Source: Polyangiales bacterium
Lineage (GTDB): Bacteria > Myxococcota_A > Polyangia > Polyangiales > Polyangiaceae
Length of the DNA: 64,000 nt
Direction of reading: 5' to 3'
Assembly: GCA_038230375.1 (NCBI GenBank)
Contig: JBBRNJ010000046.1
Location: 1 to 64,000 of the forward strand
Below, piece by piece: positions 9,740 to 19,189 of the stretch. Each line of letters starts with the position of its first letter. Position 1 is the first letter of the stretch. The notes below the pieces were generated by a model. It searched no databases. It was not told the origin of the DNA and was given only the letters and a program-made list of their open reading frames with translations. The position numbers and the translations under genes were made by a program.

Positions 9740-10411
9740 TCAGTACGACGGTGGGTTGGTCTTCACGAAGTCCGTTCCGAGATGAACGAACTTGGTGAAA
9801 TCGTCCGGGTAGCCGTCGGAGGCGAAGAGGATCTCCATGGTCCGCGGATCGACCAGCGCGCTCCATGGAACGCCCGTGAGGCCCACGCTGGCCAGGCGAC
9901 GCGCGCGCACGTCGATCAGCGTGTTGTAGTTTGCCTTGTGCTCGGTGACCCACGCGTTCACGTCCGAGAGCTCCGGCCCGTAGCCCGCCGCTGGACCGGC
10001 GGTGATCACCGAGAGCATGACGGCGCCCTCCTTCTCCAGTCCGGGGACGAGCGACGTGATCCTGTCGGCCTCCGCTGCGCACGCGGTGCACCACGTGGCC
10101 GCACCCTGGATGACGATGGTCTTCACGCGGACCGCCTTGGGGTCGTAGAAATCCGCCATGCTGAAAGTCTTCAGACCCGCGGCGACGTTGCCGTGGTCAT
10201 AGCCCTGGAACGCGAAGTTCTCGATGCGATCGCCAGCGCGACCGGTGACGCGCGCGCGCGAGCCGATACGGTCCGTGGGGTATGGAACACCGTCCGGATT
10301 CTGCGCGGTGCCCGTCACGGCCGGATCCGGAAACTCGGGTGGCGTGCTGGAGCTTCCGCACGCGATGGCGGTCAGCGACAGGGCAACGAAGGACAAAGCG
10401 AGCACGCGCAT
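9740..10411 (-). CDS. Thioredoxin-fold (TlpA/redoxin-like) lipoprotein
   Basis: ATWCTAC CxxC motif, GVPW cis-Pro loop; lipobox AIAC. Confidence 0.8.
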   Translation of the reverse strand: MRVLALSFVALSLTAIACGSSSTPPEFPDPAVTGTAQNPDGVPYPTDRIGSRARVTGRAGDRIENFAFQGYDHGNVAAGLKTFSMADFYDPKAVRVKTIVIQGAATWCTACAAEADRITSLVPGLEKEGAVMLSVITAGPAAGYGPELSDVNAWVTEHKANYNTLIDVRARRLASVGLTGVPWSALVDPRTMEILFASDGYPDDFTKFVHLGTDFVKTNPPSY

Positions 10412-10513
10412 GCGCACCATATGGACAAGCATAGCGCGCATGCGCCGTGTCTGCCGCGCGGTAAAATAGGACCAAAACTCCACTCCTCGGAGCCGGGCCG
10501 CTACACTTCGGGG

Positions 10514-11323
10514 ATGCGCCTCAACGTCCTCTGGCTGGGTCTCGCGTTCGTGCTCGGTGGGTGCGCCTGGGGCTCGGGCAAGGAGTGGGTCCAGTCACCG
10601 TTGCCGGAGGAAGGAAGCTCCAGCGGAGGCAGCAGCGGAGGCTCTGGTCGGCCCACCTCCGGAGGGGCATCCATGGGCGCGCGCACCATCGCCGGGCCCA
10701 AGCCCCAGACCGACGACGAGCCGCGCGGCACGAAGGTCACCGGCGACGTGCTCGGCGTGTTCCGCAACACGTACTACGACTTCCCGAACGAGAAGGACTT
10801 CACGGGCGACAAGGTGCCGCTCATGTCCGCGAGCTGCGCGAAGATCGCCGACGTCCCGCGCAGCTTCCACGACGCCGTGTGCGTGCAAGGCAGCGGCAAG
10901 CTCGCCGCGGGTCAGACCGTGTCGTTCGCGAAGCGCGACTGCACGTGCGCGCTCACGTGTGCACGTACCGGACAGAAGATCTGCTTCGAGCCGCTCGACG
11001 CCGAGCGCTTTCCGTTCGGGCGTGGCGCTGCCGGCCTGGCGATCCGCCCGCTGGTGACCGTGGCCGCGGACACGGCGGTGCTCCCGCTCGGCACCGTGAT
11101 CTACGTGAAGGAGTTCGACGGCCTGGTGCTGCCCGGTGACACCGCGCCCCACGATGGATGCTTCGTGGTGGAAGATCGCGGTGGCGCGGTGAAGGGCGAC
11201 CACATCGACATCTTCACCGGCTCGCCAGAGGTCACGCGCGTCGTGAACCAGCGGCTGCCCAGCAACCAGGGCGTCACCGTGGTCCGCGGCGTCGCGAAGT
11301 GCGAGCGGCTCAAAGGCGCGTGA
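10514..11323 (+). CDS. 3D-domain (MltA-like) lipoprotein
   Basis: TVAAD..VLPLGT, EDRGGAVKGDHIDIFTG; lipobox LGGC. Confidence 0.85.
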   Translation: MRLNVLWLGLAFVLGGCAWGSGKEWVQSPLPEEGSSSGGSSGGSGRPTSGGASMGARTIAGPKPQTDDEPRGTKVTGDVLGVFRNTYYDFPNEKDFTGDKVPLMSASCAKIADVPRSFHDAVCVQGSGKLAAGQTVSFAKRDCTCALTCARTGQKICFEPLDAERFPFGRGAAGLAIRPLVTVAADTAVLPLGTVIYVKEFDGLVLPGDTAPHDGCFVVEDRGGAVKGDHIDIFTGSPEVTRVVNQRLPSNQGVTVVRGVAKCERLKGA

Positions 11324-12489
11324 CACCGCGCACGCTCGTCATCGTGCCTGTGGGGCTCGCGCTCGCGGCGGCGTGTGCCTCCACGTTGCCGGCAGAGAAC
11401 GCGCCGCGTCCGCTGACAGCGAGCACGCCACGTGATGCCGGTATTATACAACCAATTCTCGACGCAGGAATTCAGCCGAACGCGGTGATGGAGGCGCGCC
11501 TCGCCGAGTTCGACCGCTTGCACGACTGGCGGAGCACGGTCTTCGTGACCGGCTCCCCCACCGACGAGCCCGTCGTCCGTGCGGGAACTCCGCTGCGGCA
11601 CCGCGCGAAGCCAAAGCCGCCAGCGCAGATCCGTGCGTATGTCTTCGGTGACGACAAGTGCGCCAACCGATCGGCGTTCGGTATGCCGTTCGAGATCGAC
11701 GGAGCGTTGTGCGACGGCGTGATCGGTCACAGTGTTGTGCTGGACGATCGCGAGCGCGAGGCGGTGCTGGCGCTCGTGACGGAGGCAGAAGCGGAGCAGG
11801 CAAGAGGGAAGAGCCGCCCGCGCGTCCGCTGCGACTTCAATCCGCACCATGCGTTCGTCTTCTTCGACGAGATGGGCATACCCACGGGGCGCCTCGAGAC
11901 GTGCTTCGAGTGCGGGCAGTTCCAGTGGGGCCCGTCACCCGACGGAGCGCGCGGAGGCTACGAGCCGCCGGTGATGACCGACGAAGAGCGACGCGCCTAT
12001 GCGGACATTCTCGATCGACACGGGCTGGGGGCCTGGGCGTTCTATTACGACGGCGCGGAGGTCACGCGGCTCATGGAATACGACAGCGCACTCTACGGCG
12101 AGCGGGGCAAACCCACGCCGAGAGGCGCTGCACGCACGGCGGTCAGACTCGCGCTGCCGCCGCCGATCGATCGCGATCTTCCACCAAAGCAGTCGTCCGC
12201 GCGCGATCGCCACCGCCTGTGCCTCTGGTGGGGCGAGCAATGGCTCCTCCGCCAAAACCAGCGCATGCAGAGCCGCGGCTACGAATGCGAGACGGGCGTG
12301 AAGTACGATTTTTCCCTGGAGGACGGGGACTGCGAGAAGAAGTTTCTCCAGTGCGATGCCCCCACGCACCAGATCGAGGACTGCCTGCGGGCCTTCACGC
12401 AACCGGAGATAGTCTGCAAGGGCATGCCGGAAGCGTGCGCGGGCCTGGAACAGTGCGTCCCAGGCCTGCGATTCACACCAGCGAAGTAG
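11320..12489 (+). CDS. Hypothetical Cys-containing lipoprotein
   Basis: GTGA overlap with the previous gene; lipobox AAAC; CDFNPHH...CFEC motif. Confidence 0.65.
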   Translation: MTPRTLVIVPVGLALAAACASTLPAENAPRPLTASTPRDAGIIQPILDAGIQPNAVMEARLAEFDRLHDWRSTVFVTGSPTDEPVVRAGTPLRHRAKPKPPAQIRAYVFGDDKCANRSAFGMPFEIDGALCDGVIGHSVVLDDREREAVLALVTEAEAEQARGKSRPRVRCDFNPHHAFVFFDEMGIPTGRLETCFECGQFQWGPSPDGARGGYEPPVMTDEERRAYADILDRHGLGAWAFYYDGAEVTRLMEYDSALYGERGKPTPRGAARTAVRLALPPPIDRDLPPKQSSARDRHRLCLWWGEQWLLRQNQRMQSRGYECETGVKYDFSLEDGDCEKKFLQCDAPTHQIEDCLRAFTQPEIVCKGMPEACAGLEQCVPGLRFTPAK

Positions 12490-12495
12490 TCAGTC

Positions 12496-13053
12496 TCAGC
12501 AGACCGCGCCCTTGGGGATGCACGCGAACTTGCCCCAGCAGGGGCTGCACTGCGACGTACCAGAGCAGCCGGTGTCGCGGCAGTCCTTCGGCTTGGACTC
12601 CGTGCACGTGCCGGGCACGTCGGGGTTCTTGCCGGTGTGGTCGCAGCTGTAGCCGGACGGGCAGGTGTGCGGGTGCATCACGAAGCCGCCGCACTGGATC
12701 TTCTCGATCTCCACCATGTGACACTTGTTGTTGGTGCCGCACTCGGCGACGCGCGTGTCGAGGATCATGTTGAGCGGGCACATCTGCTGGCCGGGGTGCT
12801 TGCATGCATGCGAGGTCTCGTACGCTTCATCGTGCGAGCTGTTCACGGCGACCTTGGTGCCGTTGGGGCAGCAGCCGCCCACGGAGACCGTGACGCAGTC
12901 CGAGTCGGCGTGGCACGAGGTCATGGCTGCGCTGAGGTCCTGATCGGTGGACTCTGCAGTGGTCTCGCCCTGCGTCTCTGCCGCGCACGCGATGCAGAGG
13001 AAGGAGGAGCCGAGGGCAACGACGCCGAGCTTGATGATGTTCGAGAGGTTCAT
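12496..13053 (-). CDS. Cys-rich secreted lipoprotein
   Basis: Lipobox CIAC, many Cys in small modules; GGAGA RBS. Confidence 0.75.
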   Translation of the reverse strand: MNLSNIIKLGVVALGSSFLCIACAAETQGETTAESTDQDLSAAMTSCHADSDCVTVSVGGCCPNGTKVAVNSSHDEAYETSHACKHPGQQMCPLNMILDTRVAECGTNNKCHMVEIEKIQCGGFVMHPHTCPSGYSCDHTGKNPDVPGTCTESKPKDCRDTGCSGTSQCSPCWGKFACIPKGAVC

Positions 13054-13067
13054 GGTGGTTTCTCCGT

Positions 13068-13148
13068 AAGTGCCACGACCAGCGCGGCGGGGTTACCTGC
13101 GTACCGACCCGCTCGATTGCGGAGGGAGTCGGTCGCGGCGAGGCACTT
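13068..13148 (-). promoter_or_regulatory. Candidate structured 5'-leader RNA
   Basis: Outer stem AAGTGCC/GGCACTT encloses ACCGAC/GTCGGT and CCGC/GCGG stems; ends just before the RBS of 12496..13053. Confidence 0.35.
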
Positions 13149-13272
13149 TCTGACAGCCGATCCGTGTGCGGTCAAAGCCCACATGTGCGCACACGCCGGA
13201 ATTAATCCAGGCCCCAATAAATCCGCATAGTTCGCGGCAAACCTTACGGTCGAAGTGGTTTCGTAAGCATGC

Positions 13273-14190
13273 TTACAAGGCTGGCTTCGCGGCGCGGCGG
13301 ACCTCGCGAAGGCACCGCAGCGCTGTTCGCGCCACGGCTTCGAAGGTCGGTGTGGCTAGCTCGAACGACCAGAAGAGGCGCGCGATCCCGGGCTCCACGA
13401 TCAGCGTGGGCACATCCGTCCGCGCGAGCTCCACCATCGCCGTTCGCAGAAGCGGCGTCAGCGTGAGGTGCGCTTCGCTGTGCTCCGCGGTGAGCGCATA
13501 GAGCCGGTCGAAGTCGGCGTCGCCGGTGTGCACGGACCCGGTGATGTGCAGCGCTCGGAAGATGTCCGTGAGCACGCCACGCGGCCTCACCTGGAGCGGC
13601 GCCGCGTCTCTGCGGATGTACATCGCGAAGTGCGAACCGAGCACCGGGTACTGGCCCGCTCGCACGACCATCGCGCCCGTGAACGTGAACGGCACGCCCG
13701 CGCTCTTCCCGGTGACCTTCACGATGCGTGCGTCGTCGATCGTGCCTTCAGCGCTCACCGCGGCGTGCTCGTCGATGATGCGCATCGTCAGCGCGAGCTT
13801 CCCCATCATCCGCTCCACGTCCGAGGTCTTGTCGCCAAGGAAGAGCGCGAGCGATGCCGAAGGCACGAACGGCTGCGCTGGTGGATGACCGTGCTGGATC
13901 TGCGAGAGCGCGGCCTGGTGCTCGGGGACCTTCGCGACCAGGGACTCCAGCATCGCGACCAGGGAGGCAAGCAGGTGCTCTTGCTCCAGCACCGCCTCGG
14001 CGCCCGCGTCCTTGGTGGGCGCTGCTTCCAGTCTGGCGAAGAGCTCGTCCGCGCTCGCCTTCTCCGCCGGGTGGTGCTCCCAGAAGTGCGAGACCGTGGC
14101 GAGCTCATCGTGCAGCGTGGACACGCGCACATGCAGCTCCGCGATTCGGGCGTGTACATGGGCAAGCGGGTCGCGGTAGAGATCGTTCAT
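13273..14190 (-). CDS. Hypothetical protein (N-terminal coiled coil)
   Basis: Protein-like composition from MNDLYRDPL; start uncertain. Confidence 0.65.
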   Translation of the reverse strand: MNDLYRDPLAHVHARIAELHVRVSTLHDELATVSHFWEHHPAEKASADELFARLEAAPTKDAGAEAVLEQEHLLASLVAMLESLVAKVPEHQAALSQIQHGHPPAQPFVPSASLALFLGDKTSDVERMMGKLALTMRIIDEHAAVSAEGTIDDARIVKVTGKSAGVPFTFTGAMVVRAGQYPVLGSHFAMYIRRDAAPLQVRPRGVLTDIFRALHITGSVHTGDADFDRLYALTAEHSEAHLTLTPLLRTAMVELARTDVPTLIVEPGIARLFWSFELATPTFEAVARTALRCLREVRRAAKPAL

Positions 14191-14193
14191 CGG

Positions 14194-15390
14194 ATGGAGC
14201 TGCAGACCAAGGCGCGTACGGTGGTGGTGTTGCTCGGCGCTGTTGTCGCCAGCGTCATCACGTTCTTCGTGATCCACCCGCCAGACGACAAACGTCATAG
14301 CCCATTCGGCGATCCAAGGCAGGACCCTCCAGATCCGCGCGAGCTCCTTTCCGCCCTCCGGATCGATGCAGCCACACTGCCGGAGGGGCGACCGGATCCA
14401 GCGCCTCCCGCGGGCGATCTGATGGCGGAGTCACGCGCGTTCACCACGCTCGACGCCTGTGTGGCCGAGCGCGCACGCATGGACCCGCTCGTCGGCGATT
14501 CGCTGCGCGCGATCGGCTACGACACGTTCCTGCGCGATTCGTGTCGCATCCTGGAAGCGCTCCAGCAGCAATCGCAGAAGCCGTGCATCGAGATCGCGTC
14601 CACGCCGCTCAAGAATCACTGCGCATCCACGGTGGCGATCGCGCTCTCCCATCCGGACGAATGCCCGTTCGCTTCCGATCAGTCGAAGGCGGAAGGCCGC
14701 GACCCGTTCTGCGTCGCGGTCGCCTCACGCGACCCAAGGCTCTGCGTTTCGGTGCGAGGCTCGCGCGTCACGTGCGAGGCCGTGCTTGCGCGTGCAGTGG
14801 AGAGGTGCCCGCGCACGGGTGACGGCGGCGATTGTCGGCGCGACGTGACGCGACTCCGCGCGCTGGTCACGGGTGACCTGTCCAAGGAGAAGCCGCTGCG
14901 CGCGACCAAGATCACGCTGAGCGTTCACGGCGAGGGCGACACCGAGAGCCCCATGCCCGGCACCGCGGAGCTCGGCGCAGATGCCGCGAAGGGCGTGGTC
15001 CTGGTGCGCGCTCGCGACCGCTATGTGGTGGAGGTCGGCAGCTTCGGCGGATCTACGTTTGCACCAGCGTCGCAGCACCTCTCGAGCGGGCTACGGGTGT
15101 CCGAGAAGACGGCGGGCGGCACCAACCTGGAGCGCTTCGAGCTGGACCTTCCGACGCGCGGGACCGTTGTTTTTCCCGGTAATCATGTCGAGGGCAAGGT
15201 CACCTTCGACCCGTGGAAGGCGGCACGCGGTGAGCCCATCGGCATCACGTTCGAGGGGCGAGTGACCGTGGGCACGAGCGAGTACACGGTGAACGAGCGC
15301 GTCGAGACCTTCATCCGCGACGTGGTGACCGAGGACGTGCCCGCGCCGCCACCGCCGCTCGGCGCGACCATCACCGATCGCGACCGCTGA
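14194..15390 (+). CDS. Hypothetical membrane-anchored Cys-repeat protein
   Basis: N-terminal TM VVVLLGAVVASVITFFVI; spaced Cys repeats. Confidence 0.7.
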   Translation: MELQTKARTVVVLLGAVVASVITFFVIHPPDDKRHSPFGDPRQDPPDPRELLSALRIDAATLPEGRPDPAPPAGDLMAESRAFTTLDACVAERARMDPLVGDSLRAIGYDTFLRDSCRILEALQQQSQKPCIEIASTPLKNHCASTVAIALSHPDECPFASDQSKAEGRDPFCVAVASRDPRLCVSVRGSRVTCEAVLARAVERCPRTGDGGDCRRDVTRLRALVTGDLSKEKPLRATKITLSVHGEGDTESPMPGTAELGADAAKGVVLVRARDRYVVEVGSFGGSTFAPASQHLSSGLRVSEKTAGGTNLERFELDLPTRGTVVFPGNHVEGKVTFDPWKAARGEPIGITFEGRVTVGTSEYTVNERVETFIRDVVTEDVPAPPPPLGATITDRDR

Positions 15391-16465
15391 GGAATGTGCG
15401 CAGGCGATCGACCTCGAGATCGAGCTCGCGCCGGAACGTGGCATCGCGGGGCGCCTTGCCCTTCACGTAACCGAACGAAGGCGACGCGTCCGTGGCCTTC
15501 ATGTTGACCCAGCCGATCACCTGATCGCGGAAGAGCATCGGCATCGCGTAGTAGCCGTGCACGCGCTTCTTCTCCGGCGTGTAGGCCTCGAACTTGTACG
15601 TCCATCCGAAGAGCAGCTCGAAGCGAAGGCGGTCCCACACGATGGGGTCGAATGGCGCAAGGATGCGCACGCGCTCGTCCGGGGCTTGTTTCATCGCGCG
15701 CTTCGCGTCGGCGTCGTCTGGCCATAACCAGAGGGTGCCGTCGCGCGTGAGGGTTGGGTACTCCGTCTTCGTACGTGCGGCGGCCTCCTTGAGCTCGCGC
15801 GCGAGCTGTGGCGCGCCGTAGCGAAGGTGCCGCGCCACCGTGGTGAGCGTGCGTGCGGGGAGCGGAGCGTACTTCTTCACGCAGAGCGCAAGGAGCGCGG
15901 CGGCGCGCGCGCGACGATCGTCGGGGCTCGGAGCTTCCGTCGGGCGCCGTGGGTCCGCCTCGTAGATGCGAATGCCGCCCTCGCGACGGGCCACGCGGAG
16001 CGAGCCGCGATAGTGCATGGCATCGAGCAGGTGAGTGGTGGCGCTGGAGCTACCGCCCCAGTAGTTCGTGACGCGCCCGTGAGCGAAGTGGGCATCCACC
16101 TCGCGTGGGTGCACGCGGCCGCGCTCCTTCACGAACTCGAGGATCTCTGCCGCACGCAGCGTGGACTTCTTGTCCCACTTCTGGCGCGGCGCGCGCGGAT
16201 GCATCAGGTCCACGTGCTCGCGCAGGAGGAAGCCGTAGTTGATGAAGTAGTCCTCCTCGATCGGCAGCGTCTCGTAGAGTCGCTCCAGGTCCCCCGCCCG
16301 GTAGTCCGTAACGCGCTGACGCAACGTGAGGTCCTGCGCACGCGCGGGCGCGCGGATCGGATCCGCCTGCACGAAGCCCAGGAGCGAGATGGCGCGTGCG
16401 AGCGTCGTCTCGGGAAAGAGGCTCCGGGCAACGGCGAATCGGCGCAGGTCGTCCGTGGTCTGCAC
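15371..16465 (-). CDS. ycaQ: YcaQ/AlkZ-family (HTH_42) DNA crosslink glycosylase
   Basis: QADP (QxD) motif; LAPFDPIVWDR..FELLFGW.Y.FEAY.P..KR..GYY. Confidence 0.85.
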   Translation of the reverse strand: MQTTDDLRRFAVARSLFPETTLARAISLLGFVQADPIRAPARAQDLTLRQRVTDYRAGDLERLYETLPIEEDYFINYGFLLREHVDLMHPRAPRQKWDKKSTLRAAEILEFVKERGRVHPREVDAHFAHGRVTNYWGGSSSATTHLLDAMHYRGSLRVARREGGIRIYEADPRRPTEAPSPDDRRARAAALLALCVKKYAPLPARTLTTVARHLRYGAPQLARELKEAAARTKTEYPTLTRDGTLWLWPDDADAKRAMKQAPDERVRILAPFDPIVWDRLRFELLFGWTYKFEAYTPEKKRVHGYYAMPMLFRDQVIGWVNMKATDASPSFGYVKGKAPRDATFRRELDLEVDRLRTFLSGRDR

Positions 16466-16618
16466 GTCAGATCTTCCCTTCGGTCGGTCGACTATAGGCG
16501 AAGGCGATGGCGTGTGTACCCGGCCGCGCACGCGTGTCTGCTTCCGCCCGCGCCACGTGGTTCTGGGCCGAAAATGCCGCTAAATATGCGCGGTACGGGG
16601 CTTGCTCCATCAGAGTTC

Positions 16619-17605
16619 ATGAAGCGACTTGGGCTCACCGCGACGCTGGTCTTCCTGGTCTCCTGCTCTGGCGGTCCCCAGGATCCGCGCGGGGCGGAGG
16701 TTCCGCCGGCGGCGTCGGACGTGGCGCCCGCGGTCGCGAGCGCTGGCGCAGACCTGGTCGTGCACGTGGCGGGTCGCACGTTCGTGTTGCTCGACAACGA
16801 GGTCGCCGAAGGCACGGGCGTGGGCGACCCCACCCTGCTCGAGAACAAGAACGACGTCATGACACTGAGCCGTGCGATCGATCCGTCGAAGCTTCCTGCG
16901 TCGCTCCTGTCCGCGAAGTCGAGCGCGGTGACGGTGGTCGCGGACTCGGGGACGCGCTGCGTGGCCCACGTGTCCGACGTCGTGCTCTTCACGCAGGTCT
17001 CGCCGTACGAGAAGCTCGAGGACCCGAAGGCGGCGTACGAGCTGGGGGAGCATGGCGCGCACATCGCGCTCGCGCTCGATCTGGATCGTGAGAGCTGCAC
17101 GGGCGCGCACTTCGCGCTCGTGTCGGGCGACGCCGAGACCGCAAGGCCGCTGCCTGCGAACGATGCGAGCACAGAGACCGTGACCGTCGCATTCCGCGCA
17201 ATGCGCGAGTGGCAGGCGTACGAGAATCAGTACGAGGAGTACTTCGCGGGCCGCAGCGAGGCGGAGGACAAGACCAACGGCGTGGTGCGGGGCACGTCCT
17301 GGGATACCTACGGCGGGCAGACGCCCAGCGTGCGCCGCTTCGTGCTCGGTGACGAGTCGCTCCTCTTCGTCACGGCAGGCGTGGACGACGGGTGCGGGGG
17401 CCTGCACACGCAGCTCTCCGTGCTCTTCCGCGAGACCGCGGGAGGCCCGATCGTGGTCCGCACGTGGGAAGACTTCTCCCGCGAGCCCCTCGCGATCGTC
17501 ACCGCCCCGGGCGGCTACGACGTGATCTTCGACAGCGTGAAGGCGCGCACGAACGACGCCTACCCCACGAACGTGGAGCCCCAGATCTTCGGCTGCCGGT
17601 GCTAG
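16619..17605 (+). CDS. Hypothetical lipoprotein
   Basis: MKRLGLTATLVFLVSC lipoprotein signal; C-terminal FGCRC. Confidence 0.7.
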   Translation: MKRLGLTATLVFLVSCSGGPQDPRGAEVPPAASDVAPAVASAGADLVVHVAGRTFVLLDNEVAEGTGVGDPTLLENKNDVMTLSRAIDPSKLPASLLSAKSSAVTVVADSGTRCVAHVSDVVLFTQVSPYEKLEDPKAAYELGEHGAHIALALDLDRESCTGAHFALVSGDAETARPLPANDASTETVTVAFRAMREWQAYENQYEEYFAGRSEAEDKTNGVVRGTSWDTYGGQTPSVRRFVLGDESLLFVTAGVDDGCGGLHTQLSVLFRETAGGPIVVRTWEDFSREPLAIVTAPGGYDVIFDSVKARTNDAYPTNVEPQIFGCRC

Positions 17606-17611
17606 ACGCGC

Positions 17612-18349
17612 TCAAACGCCAATGAACAGGCGGTGGGCGAAGTTGCGTTCGAGCTTGGCTCGAAGCACCTTGTCCGCAGCGAGCTCGATGTCGTACTCGA
17701 TTCGCTTGAACTCGAAGCGGTTGGTCTCGCTGTCGAAGAGGGTGAAGCTGGCGCGGTTGTCGAAGTCGCGGGGCTGACCGACGGAACCGACGGACACGAT
17801 ATACTTCCTGTCGGGCTGCAGCTCGAAGTCGGCAGAGGGAAGCTCTTCGACGGACGTCTTGGTGAGCGCGAAAACTTTGCAGAGGTGCGAGTGCCCGATG
17901 AGCGTGATGTGACCGAGCTTGTCGTAGAGCGGCAGGCATTCGCGCGCCTGCTCGGGCGCAAAGATGTACTCGAACTCCTCCAGGCGCACGGGCGAGCCGT
18001 GGCAGAGAAGGACGTCGGCGCCTTCGACCTTGTGCTGGTAGGGCAGGCTCTTGAGCCAGGTCATGTTCTCGGTGCTGATCATCGCGGCGTGGACGTCGAG
18101 CGCGTGCCGCGCGGCCTCGTAATAGTACGAGTAGTCCATGCGACCGGAGACGGCTGCATCGTGGTTGCCGAGGATGGTCACCTTTGCAAGCTCGCGAACC
18201 AGGTCCGCGCACTCGTTCGGGGATCCGCCATAGCCGACGGTGTCGCCAAGGTTGTAGTAAACGTCGATACGTTCACGGCGGTAGGACTCGAGCACGGCGC
18301 TCAAGGCTTCGTGGTTCGCGTGGACGTCGCTGAAAATCCCAAGGCGCAT
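17612..18349 (-). CDS. Calcineurin-like metallophosphoesterase
   Basis: SDVHAN, GDTVGYG, GNHD, HGSP, GHSH, VGSVGQPRD. Confidence 0.92.
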   Translation of the reverse strand: MRLGIFSDVHANHEALSAVLESYRRERIDVYYNLGDTVGYGGSPNECADLVRELAKVTILGNHDAAVSGRMDYSYYYEAARHALDVHAAMISTENMTWLKSLPYQHKVEGADVLLCHGSPVRLEEFEYIFAPEQARECLPLYDKLGHITLIGHSHLCKVFALTKTSVEELPSADFELQPDRKYIVSVGSVGQPRDFDNRASFTLFDSETNRFEFKRIEYDIELAADKVLRAKLERNFAHRLFIGV

Positions 18350-18459
18350 GCAGGTCTCCGAGCGTAGCGCAGTTTTTTCGTCGGGCGGGAACAAAACGGA
18401 AGAGAGATTGGCAGGCTGCGATTGGTCGCGGTAACAAGAGCGGGCAAGAGGCGTCATCC

Positions 18460-19170
18460 ATGTCCACGGGAACGAACCAGCCACCGCCCTCGGGCAATGG
18501 GGGCAAGAGCGAACCGCAGAAGCTGAACGGCCTGCACGGCGCCGCACCCGACACGGAGCCGGACGGGGTCGGCGACCAGGAAACGGGCGACGAAGGCGAC
18601 GCCGAGCTTCCGGACGTCAGCCCGCCGCCCACGGTGATTGCAGACCTCATTTCGTCGTGCGTGCGCTTCGTTCACGCGAAATACGGGGTGCTTCTCGATG
18701 GCACCCAGGACACGCTCAGCCTGCTCGACGCGTACGTGAACGAGGCGCGCCTGTCCGCTGCGGAGCGGCCGGAGACCCTGCCTCTCACCGCCGCCGCCAT
18801 CGGCGCCTACTTCGGCGAGGTCGTCCGGCTCACGTTTGGGGCCACGTGGGTCACTGTCGGCGACCACGACGCCTGGCGGCTGTGCCTCGAACACGTGTAT
18901 CTTGCATTCAATCCCATCGGCACGGCGATGGAAGCGCTCACGGGAGAAGAAGCCCAGGGCTGGCACGCGCACCTGACGCTGGAGCCGGACGATCAGGAGC
19001 AGCTCGAGCGACGCCTCGCTGCCCTGGGTGAGGTCCCCGACGACGAGTTCTTTCTTCCCACCACGCGGTTCGACGTGATCCACATCGCCGTCGACGCGAT
19101 CCACGGGCGCATGGTTGCGTCCGGCCTGGGCGACGTGACGTTCTCTCCGGACGACTACGAGAAGAAGTAG
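18460..19170 (+). CDS. Hypothetical protein
   Basis: Acidic N-terminus followed by a globular region (GAYFGEVVR); strong GC3 bias. Confidence 0.75.
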   Translation: MSTGTNQPPPSGNGGKSEPQKLNGLHGAAPDTEPDGVGDQETGDEGDAELPDVSPPPTVIADLISSCVRFVHAKYGVLLDGTQDTLSLLDAYVNEARLSAAERPETLPLTAAAIGAYFGEVVRLTFGATWVTVGDHDAWRLCLEHVYLAFNPIGTAMEALTGEEAQGWHAHLTLEPDDQEQLERRLAALGEVPDDEFFLPTTRFDVIHIAVDAIHGRMVASGLGDVTFSPDDYEKK

Positions 19171-19189
19171 CTGCGCCAGATGCGCGCGC

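Noticed and set aside
9260..10513. RPRPRP-containing extension of the 3D-domain ORF
   Set aside because: Overlaps two minus-strand genes and the microsatellite; the signal peptide begins at 10514
13083..13245. c-di-GMP-I riboswitch-like words GCGGGGTTACC and GGCAAACC
   Set aside because: They are in the wrong order and on the strand opposite the downstream gene
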